Part shown: piece after piece, positions 19,811 to 26,534 of the stretch
How positions within the stretch are numbered: position 1 is the stretch's first letter
Layout: each line of letters begins with the position of its first letter
From: Myxococcales bacterium
GTDB lineage: Bacteria > Myxococcota_A > UBA9042
Reading direction: 5' to 3'
Length of the DNA stretch: 26,534 nucleotides
Assembly: GCA_037441385.1 (NCBI GenBank)
Contig: JBBISH010000091.1
Location: 1 to 26,534 of the forward strand
Program-made: the position numbers and the translations under genes
Notes under the pieces: model-generated
Told to the model about the DNA's origin: nothing
Seen by the model: only the letters and a program-made list of their open reading frames with translations
The model's database searches: none

Positions 19811-20776
19811 CTAGGCGATGGTGTTGACGGCGTTTTCGATGACGCCGTCGCGCAGGTAGCGGATCACCTGCTGGGCAATTTGGATGCCCACGTTGTCCTG
19901 AGCCTCGCGGGTCGAGGCGCCGATGTGCGGCGTGCACAGCACGTTGGGCAGGGACAACAAGGGGTTGTCGGCCGGCGTGGGCTCTTGGGCAAAGACGTCG
20001 ATCGCCGCGTAGCCAATCTGACCTGACTTCAGCGCGGCCACCAGATCCGCCTCGACCGCGATGTCGCCGCGGGCGCAGTCCACGAACCAGGCGCCCTTCT
20101 TCATCTTGGCAAAGGCGGCCTCGTCAAACAGGTGGCGGGTGGCGTCGGCCAGCGGCACGTGGACGCTTACTGCGTCGCTTTTGTGCAGCAGCGTGTCAAA
20201 ATCCACCAGCGTGGCGCCCAGCTCGCGGGCACGGCGATCAGTGGCCGCCGGATCGCAGGCCACAACGTGCATACCCAGCGCTGCGGCCTTGCGCGAGACG
20301 ATCGCGCCGATGGCGCCCAGGCCGACCACGCCCAGCGTGCGGCCCTGCAGCTCGCCGCCCATGAACTTGGATTTCTCCCACTTGCCGGCCTTGGTGGAGG
20401 CGTTGGCCTCGCACAGCTTGCGGGCGATGGCGAAAAGCATACCCAGGGCCAGTTCCGCCACGGCGTTGTTGTTGCCGCCGGGCGTGTTCATGACCAGCAC
20501 CTTCTTGGCGGTGCAGGCCGGCACGTCCACGTTGTCCACGCCGGCGCCGGCGCGGCCGATGACGCGCAACCGCTTGGCGTGCAACAGGGTTTCGGCCTTG
20601 ATCTTGGTCATCGAACGGATCAGCAGCGCGTCGTACTCGGGCAGGATGGCGTGCAGCGAGGCGGCGTCCAGACCGGTCTTGACGTCGACACGCACAAAGA
20701 GCCCCGAATGCTCCAACAGGGCCACGCCCTCGGCTGCCAGGGGGTCGCTGACCAACGCTGTGAATTGATTCGCCAT
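19811..20776 (-). CDS. serA: D-3-phosphoglycerate dehydrogenase-like D-2-hydroxyacid dehydrogenase (short form, no regulatory domains)
   Basis: IGRAGAGVDNVD, NTPGGN, GLGAIG Rossmann motif, DVFAQEP, TPHIGASTREAQ; ATG at 20776 behind GGAG; 321 aa. Confidence 0.8.
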   Translation of the reverse strand: MANQFTALVSDPLAAEGVALLEHSGLFVRVDVKTGLDAASLHAILPEYDALLIRSMTKIKAETLLHAKRLRVIGRAGAGVDNVDVPACTAKKVLVMNTPGGNNNAVAELALGMLFAIARKLCEANASTKAGKWEKSKFMGGELQGRTLGVVGLGAIGAIVSRKAAALGMHVVACDPAATDRRARELGATLVDFDTLLHKSDAVSVHVPLADATRHLFDEAAFAKMKKGAWFVDCARGDIAVEADLVAALKSGQIGYAAIDVFAQEPTPADNPLLSLPNVLCTPHIGASTREAQDNVGIQIAQQVIRYLRDGVIENAVNTIA

Positions 20777-20901
20777 ATTCTGCTCCGCCCGCCCAAGCCG
20801 GGGCGCGGCCGGGGCACAAGGGTAAGCCCTTGCCCGCACAAGTCAAACCGCGTCGAATTTCGTTGTAATTGTCTGGCTGTGCGCGCTGCGGACCTGGCCG
20901 T

Positions 20902-22617
20902 CTACAGCTGGCATTCGGGCGTGTCGCGCTTGTCGATGCCCAGGTACGGATTGAAGCAGTAGTCCGTTGAGAAGCCAGTCTTTTTGGCTGCATCCCACGC
21001 CGGCATCCCCGCCGACGCCCCACCTAGCCGGTTGTACAGCAGCCACGCCGGATCGTAGAAGGGCGTGCCGCGCGGCAGGTCGTAGTAACTCGCCGAAAGT
21101 ACAGTTGGATGCCAGGTCCAAGACCACGGCGGTCGGCCAAAATCACCGTTGTCCAAGTCCGAGGCGAAGCGCGAGCCGATCGACTCGTCCAGGCCCGCCG
21201 GCCGTCCGCTGGCCGCCGTGTACTTGAACTGCGTGTCGACGAACAGGCCCTTGGGGCCAATCTCGTCGCGGTGCAACCACCACGAGGTCAGCAGCGGCCG
21301 CAACGTGTAGCCGGCCGGTGCCCCCTCGCTGGTGGGCAGCGGCGGGTCCGTGGCGGTGGCCGACTGCGAATACAACAGCAACTTCAACGTACTCTTGACG
21401 TAGTCGCTGGCCACGCATTGCTGGTCGCCGGTCTCGCCGCCGTCGCTCCACAGGCAGCTCTGGTGGCTAGCGGCGGTCAGGTAAGCCGGGAAGTGGCGCG
21501 GGCACTCGCCCGGATTGGCCGCGGCCGGCTGGCATTCGGGCGCCAGTTGGTCGGGCGGAAAGATCTGGTTGCGGTTCCAAAATGCGCGCACGTACTTGGA
21601 TTTTTGCGGCCAGCCGGTCTCGTTGGCCACCCACAGCCACATCGGCTCGTCGGTCTTGGCCTTGAAATAGGTCTGCAACGCTACCGGTAGCCCGCTCTGC
21701 CGCTCGACCACCACCTGCGCGCCCGATACGTCGTTGTGCACCGGCACGCCAGGAGGAACCCCTTTGCGCTCAGGCCAGTAGTAGGCGTAGGTCAGGTACA
21801 GGTGCGAGCGAGTCTCGACCGCGGCCCACACTACCTGGCCCGCGGCCACGAACTTATTGACATTGCTCAGGTTATCGGCGACTTGCCAATTGTTGTCCAG
21901 GTCCAGGGCCCGCAGCTGATCGGCCTGCGTGGCAAACGCCTGCCGGATCAGCGGGGCAAAGCGCGCAGCCAACTTGGCGTACCCTTGGGTATTCTGGGGC
22001 CCCTGCGTGTAGAAGCTCAGCTTGGTCTCGGTCAGTGGCACGCCCTGCGCCGACTGCACCAGCGGGCCCAGCACGATGTCGATCCGGCTCGCCAGGGGCG
22101 CCGCTTGTTTGGCCGCGATGGTCAGCGTGGCGCCGGCGACCGCGAACGACACGGGGATGGCCGCGCCGCCCGGGCCGGTCACCGTGATCGTGTAATTGCT
22201 GGCCGACACCGCCTTGAGGCCCGTGGAGAAAGTCAGTTTCGCACTGAATTGCGCAGGAATTTCAGAAGCACCGTTGGTCGGATCGGACGCCAGTAGCACA
22301 AAATCGACCAAGCCCACGTCGGTGCCCGGCACGTCGCTCTTTGGCACATCTGGAGCGCCCGTATCCGCCACCGTGGTATCGGCCGGCGTCGTGTCGCTCA
22401 GCGGTGCGTCGGCGGAGCTCGCGTCGGTCGCCGTAGTTTCGCTTTGCTGGCTGCCATCTTGCGTACTGGCGTCCGGCCCGGCGACGTCCACGTGGATCTG
22501 CACGTCGGTCCCGCTGCTGTCGCCCGCGTCGGCCGCGGCGATCGCGGAGCTGAGGGGTGGATCGCCGCAAGCCATCAGAACCAGAGCCAAGACTGTGCAT
22601 CCCAAGCCGATCTTCAT
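20902..22617 (-). CDS. Putative lipoprotein: acidic low-complexity linker, Ig-like (Big_5/SbsA-type) domain and an uncharacterised C-terminal domain
   Basis: Signal peptide ending in lipobox LMA-C, D/T/A/P-rich linker, SDPTNGASEIP...LTFS Ig-like pattern, aromatic- and Cys-containing C-terminal domain. Confidence 0.8.
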   Translation of the reverse strand: MKIGLGCTVLALVLMACGDPPLSSAIAAADAGDSSGTDVQIHVDVAGPDASTQDGSQQSETTATDASSADAPLSDTTPADTTVADTGAPDVPKSDVPGTDVGLVDFVLLASDPTNGASEIPAQFSAKLTFSTGLKAVSASNYTITVTGPGGAAIPVSFAVAGATLTIAAKQAAPLASRIDIVLGPLVQSAQGVPLTETKLSFYTQGPQNTQGYAKLAARFAPLIRQAFATQADQLRALDLDNNWQVADNLSNVNKFVAAGQVVWAAVETRSHLYLTYAYYWPERKGVPPGVPVHNDVSGAQVVVERQSGLPVALQTYFKAKTDEPMWLWVANETGWPQKSKYVRAFWNRNQIFPPDQLAPECQPAAANPGECPRHFPAYLTAASHQSCLWSDGGETGDQQCVASDYVKSTLKLLLYSQSATATDPPLPTSEGAPAGYTLRPLLTSWWLHRDEIGPKGLFVDTQFKYTAASGRPAGLDESIGSRFASDLDNGDFGRPPWSWTWHPTVLSASYYDLPRGTPFYDPAWLLYNRLGGASAGMPAWDAAKKTGFSTDYCFNPYLGIDKRDTPECQL

Positions 22618-22744
22618 CCGCTACTCCGCTTGCGCTGGGCGTGGCTTTCTGCCACCTTGCGCCGGCCCGGTCGCCTCTCCGATCCGCCGCTGGCCAAGCT
22701 GCACCATCATGCCCCTTTCTTCCGCCCCGCTCCAGATGCCGCGC

Positions 22745-24694
22745 ATGCCCCACAAGTCGGCGCTGCGCTGGTTCGAGCTGCTCATGGCGGGGCGACTGTT
22801 GCGTTCGCGGCGTAGTGCACAACTGTCGCTAGTGACTACACTTTCTATTGCGGGGATCGCGCTGGGCGTGGCAGCGCTGATCGTCGTGCTCGCGGTCAAC
22901 ACGGGCTTTCAGACCGCGTTTCGCGACCGAATCCTGGCCAGCTATCCGCACATCGTGGTGATGCAACGCGGAGTGGATCTGCGCGACTGGCGCACCGTGG
23001 CCGCTCGCCTGCGCACAGCTCCAGGCGTTCGCCATGCCGGCCCGGCGACGTACGACGACATGATGCTGAGCGCCGCCCAGGGCCGCGCCGGGGCCATCGT
23101 GCGCGGGGTCCAGCCAGACATTTTGGCCGACTTGCCCCCGGGTGCGCTGATTGCCGGCCAGCTCGACACCCGCGGCGAGCGCCCGCAGTGGACCCTGACG
23201 GGCGATCAGCTGCAGCTCAGGCCCGGTATCGCCGGCGGCCGGCATCTGCTGGTCGTGGGTGCCGGCGATGAGGTGCGGCCCGTGCCCCTGCTGCCGGTCC
23301 CCGGCGCTTTGGGGTCGCTGGCGATCATCGACGCTGAGACCTGCGCCAAGGGTGCAAAGGTGCATGGTTCCATCTACTTGCGTCAGGGCGAGGGCATCGA
23401 GCCGATGCGGGCGATCGAGCGCGGCGGGTGCGGCGAGCTGGCCACGTGGGAGGCGTTGGCCGGGGAGTACCTGCTCACCTGGCAGAGCGGCGGCGTGCAG
23501 TTGCAGCAAAAAGTGACTCTGGGCGCTGGCAAGGCGACGGCCGTGGTGGTCTGGGGCGCGAACGCCACGGTAGCGCCTGAAATGCGCGACGATTTGGCGC
23601 CCACGGCGGCGGCGGTGGCGGTGATGACGCCGGCCGATCGGCATCTGACCATCCTGGACCCGCAGGGGCGGCCGGTGGCTGCGCCGACCGAATGGGTGGC
23701 TTTGCCGTCTGAATTGCCGGCGGCGGCCTTGGGCGAGGGGCTGGCCAAGCGGCTGGCGGTCAAGGTGGGCGACGAGGTGCGGGCGGTCAGTCCGTTGCGC
23801 GGCCTGGATCGGGTGGGCGAGGGCAGCGAAGGCAGTGCCAGCGGGCGCTTTCGCGTGACGGCGATCTTGCGCACCGGCTTTCACGACCATGACCAGCGGC
23901 TGGCGCTCGTCGACTTTGCCGTAGCGCAGCGGTTCTTGGGCCGCGGCGACATCGCCCGCTGGGTCGAGGCCCGGGTGGACGATCCGATCCTGGCCACGCG
24001 CGAGCTGGACCGCTTCAAAGCCGCTGTAGAGCCTGCGGATTTGGGCGACTTGCTTGGCGACGCCCGCGAGCTTGACCGGCGCCTGAACGAAATGGCGAAG
24101 GGCGGGCCTGGCGCGTACGACCTGCGCCCACCTACCGATTCCCTTGCCGTCATCGACAATTGGGGGAGCGGCCTGCGCGCCATGCGCCAGACCCGCCCGC
24201 GCGCCCAAGGCCTGTACCGCGTCATCGATTGGGAAGAAATGAACCGCAACATCTTTGACGCGGCCCGCATGCAGAAGGTTGCGATGTCTCTGTTTCCCTT
24301 CATCATCGTTCTGGTGGCGGCGCTCAACGTCGTCGGCACGCAGGCCGTGATCGTCCACGAACGCGCGCGCGACATCGCCATCCTAAGGGCGATGGGCAGC
24401 ACCCGCCGATCGGTCGCCTCGGTCTTCTTTGTGCAGGGCCTGGTGGTCGGGCTGGCGGGCACGCTCATCGGCTTGGCCGTGGGCGGGTTGGCTTGCTGGC
24501 TGCTGGACGTGGTGGGCTATCCGCTTGATCCGTCTGTCTATTTGATTAGCCGGCTGCCCGTGCAGGCCGAACCGCAGGCGTTTGCGCTGGCCGGCGGCGC
24601 GGCGGTCGTCCTTGCGCTGGCAGCGGCCTGGCTGGCGGCGCAGCGGGCCTCGGCCAGGTCGCCGGTCGAGGCCTTGCGTCGGCTGGATGGCTGA
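22745..24694 (+). CDS. LolC/LolE-type (MacB/FtsX family) ABC transporter permease with enlarged periplasmic domain
   Basis: LSIAGIALGVAALIVVLAVNTGF...RDRIL, LGEGLAKRL, IDWEEMNRNIF, ERARDIAILRAMG, VYLISRLP, PVEALR. Start uncertain (ATG at 22709, 22736 or 22745); the ORF-track extension to 22196 overlaps the opposite gene. Confidence 0.88.
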   Translation: MPHKSALRWFELLMAGRLLRSRRSAQLSLVTTLSIAGIALGVAALIVVLAVNTGFQTAFRDRILASYPHIVVMQRGVDLRDWRTVAARLRTAPGVRHAGPATYDDMMLSAAQGRAGAIVRGVQPDILADLPPGALIAGQLDTRGERPQWTLTGDQLQLRPGIAGGRHLLVVGAGDEVRPVPLLPVPGALGSLAIIDAETCAKGAKVHGSIYLRQGEGIEPMRAIERGGCGELATWEALAGEYLLTWQSGGVQLQQKVTLGAGKATAVVVWGANATVAPEMRDDLAPTAAAVAVMTPADRHLTILDPQGRPVAAPTEWVALPSELPAAALGEGLAKRLAVKVGDEVRAVSPLRGLDRVGEGSEGSASGRFRVTAILRTGFHDHDQRLALVDFAVAQRFLGRGDIARWVEARVDDPILATRELDRFKAAVEPADLGDLLGDARELDRRLNEMAKGGPGAYDLRPPTDSLAVIDNWGSGLRAMRQTRPRAQGLYRVIDWEEMNRNIFDAARMQKVAMSLFPFIIVLVAALNVVGTQAVIVHERARDIAILRAMGSTRRSVASVFFVQGLVVGLAGTLIGLAVGGLACWLLDVVGYPLDPSVYLISRLPVQAEPQAFALAGGAAVVLALAAAWLAAQRASARSPVEALRRLDG

Positions 24695-24897
24695 TGGGCG
24701 GCGGCAACAAGGAAGTGGCCGCAGCTCCTTGGCTTTGCGATAATCGAATGTAACATTTTCGTCCCGAAGGGCGTGGGCATCTTGCCAGCGACCCCTGGAT
24801 GCGTGTATCACACCCGACTGGCTTGTCGCGGCTGCAGGTGCCCGACAAGGTCCGTGAAGAACGAGTTTGCTGTATTGTTCTATAGGGTTATCTGAAC

Positions 24898-25476
24898 GTG
24901 TCCATGTACGAGCCAGCGCTGATGGCCGGAATTCCGGTGGGTACGGTGGGCGAGCGCCTGCAGCAGCGGCGCATGGCGCGCGGCGTGAGCCTGGAGGCCG
25001 TGACCCGTGGGACCCGTCTGACGCGCACGGTGCTCGAAGCCCTGGAAGAGGACCGGTTCGACGATCTGCCGGCGCCGGTGTATGCGCGCGGGTTCTTGAA
25101 GATCTATGCGACCTTCCTAGAGTTGGACACCGACGCCTTGCTCGACGCCTACCAAAGCCAGCTGGCCGTTCGCCAGGCCTTGGCCCAGGAACAGGCCGCC
25201 GAGGCCTCGTCGCCCGAGTACCTGCGCGATCGCGAGCCGCGCGGGCGCTCGCTGTCGCCTGCGTCGGCCCTGATGCTTGTCGCCACGGCCGCTATCGCGC
25301 TGGTGTTCATGTGGTCCGTCAGCAAGCGGCAAAAGCCCACGGTCGCGCGGCCCGAACTGCTGGCTCCGGCTGGCGGGGCGGCCACGGCGATCGGTCCGGT
25401 TGCCCCGGCACCCGTGGCGCCGCGCAGCTCGGGACTGCCTCCGTTGCCCGGCCGCGAGGCCGAGGCTCGCCGCTGA
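24898..25476 (+). CDS. RodZ-like membrane protein (HTH_25-type domain, one TM helix, short Pro/Ala tail)
   Basis: VGERLQQRRMARGVSLEAV...LEALEEDRFDDLPAPVYARGFLKIYATFL; hydrophobic segment ALMLVATAAIALVFMW. Start could be GTG 24898 or ATG 24904. Confidence 0.82.
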   Translation: MSMYEPALMAGIPVGTVGERLQQRRMARGVSLEAVTRGTRLTRTVLEALEEDRFDDLPAPVYARGFLKIYATFLELDTDALLDAYQSQLAVRQALAQEQAAEASSPEYLRDREPRGRSLSPASALMLVATAAIALVFMWSVSKRQKPTVARPELLAPAGGAATAIGPVAPAPVAPRSSGLPPLPGREAEARR

Positions 25477-25488
25477 CCGCGCAAGCCT

Positions 25489-26250
25489 ATGCCTAGTCAA
25501 CTGATCTCGCCCGCAGTGGTCCTGCGCGTGCAGCCGTATGCCGAAGCGGATTTGATCGTGGCCTTGCTCACCGCCCAGCGCGGTCGGGTGGATGTGCTGG
25601 CGCGCGGGGCCCGCAGCAGCCGCAAGCGGTTTGCAGGGATCCTGCGCCCCTTTTGCCAGCTGCAGGTGCTGGTCGACGGCAAACGGCCGGGTGGGCTGCA
25701 AAACCTCAACGGCGCCGAGCTGGAGCGCGATCTGCTGGGCACAACGGTCGACTACGGGGCGCTGTGCCTGGCCAGCTACCTGTGCGAATTGGCAGCCCAC
25801 GTGGCCCAGCCCGAGCACGCGGACGTGCTGCTCATGCGTTGGCTGGTGACGGTGGTGCCGTGGTGCGCCGAGCTGACGCGCTCCGAGGACCTGCCAGCGC
25901 TGAAAGTCGTGGCCGAGGCGGGGCTTTTGCGCGTGCTGGGCCTGCTGCCCGACTTGCTGCTTTGTGGCCGCTGCGGTGGCGACATTCAGCCCACCGGTCA
26001 CTGGGATCCCGAGGGCCACGGCCTACTTTGCCCCCACTGCGCTCCGCAGCAGCGCGATGCCACGCCCCACGCGGTGTTGGCGCAGCTCAGTGCGGCGGTG
26101 GCCAGCGCGGATCGGCGCGACGCGTTGCAAATTCCCGCGACCGGGCGCAGCCTTCTAGAAGATCGGTTGCAGCGACTGTTGCGGCAAGCGGTTCCGCAGG
26201 CCGGCAAGGCCGAGCGGGCGCTGAGGAGCCACCTGCTGGGGCTCGACTAG
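25489..26250 (+). CDS. recO: DNA repair protein RecO (zinc-finger type)
   Basis: AVVLRVQPYAEADLIVALLT...GRV..LARGARSSRKRF OB fold; CGRC...CPHC zinc finger. Confidence 0.95.
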   Translation: MPSQLISPAVVLRVQPYAEADLIVALLTAQRGRVDVLARGARSSRKRFAGILRPFCQLQVLVDGKRPGGLQNLNGAELERDLLGTTVDYGALCLASYLCELAAHVAQPEHADVLLMRWLVTVVPWCAELTRSEDLPALKVVAEAGLLRVLGLLPDLLLCGRCGGDIQPTGHWDPEGHGLLCPHCAPQQRDATPHAVLAQLSAAVASADRRDALQIPATGRSLLEDRLQRLLRQAVPQAGKAERALRSHLLGLD

Positions 26251-26534
26251 AGACGCGACCAATTACTGGTCATTTGTTCAGTAATCGCGAATTCTGGCCG
26301 CGTCTCCAGCCCCAAGTGGGGCGCAAGCGAGCGCCTGCAGCGACTCGCCGCGCCGAATTCGAAGGTGCGGATGTGCGAATACAGTCTGAATTGATCGGCT
26401 CTCTAGAAACGCGACCAATTACTGGTCATTTGTTCAGTAATCGCGAATTCTGGCCGCGTCTCCAGCCCCAAGTGGGGCGCAAGCGAGCGCCTGCAGCGAC
26501 TCGCCGCGCCGAATTCGAAGGTGCGGATGTGCGA
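26247..26534. repeat. 156-bp tandem repeat of a CTAG-bounded palindromic element (MITE/REP-like); second copy cut by the window end
   Basis: Copy 1 starts at CTAG 26247 and copy 2 at CTAG 26403; 131 of 132 comparable bases are identical. Imperfect terminal inverted repeats CTAGAGACGCGACCAATT / AATTGATCGGCTCTCTAG. Confidence 0.9.

Noticed and set aside
24720..24897. Promoter upstream of the RodZ-like gene
   Set aside because: AT-rich patches (GATAAT, TATAGG) exist but no well-spaced -35/-10 pair could be supported.
26247..26534. CRISPR array or tRNA/rRNA fragment at the window end
   Set aside because: The whole 156-bp unit repeats with no variable spacer, and no cloverleaf or rRNA signature is visible.

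Overview
High-GC bacterial chromosome segment. Gene order and protein style suggest Myxococcota/deltaproteobacteria (inference). Most of the window is the core transcription/translation cluster on the minus strand: serA-like dehydrogenase, proS, rlmB, a sigma70-type promoter, tRNA-Thr(TGT)/Tyr/Gly/Thr(GGT), tuf, rpmG (missed by the ORF track), tRNA-Trp, secE, nusG, rplK, rplA, rplJ, rplL, rpoB, rpoC. Upstream lie an Ig-domain lipoprotein (minus) and, on the plus strand, an enlarged LolC/E-type permease, a short RodZ-like HTH protein and recO. No complete new multi-gene system is evident. The most unusual signals are: (1) a 236-aa insertion in the RNA polymerase beta lobe that looks like a domain nested inside a copy of itself; (2) an 8 x 19-bp array built from the 5' end of tRNA-Thr(TGT); (3) a tandem 156-bp CTAG-bounded palindromic element starting at the recO stop codon; (4) an expanded beta' clamp region; (5) an EF-Tu with changes at normally conserved positions. 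Family assignments come from motif recognition only; no searches were run.
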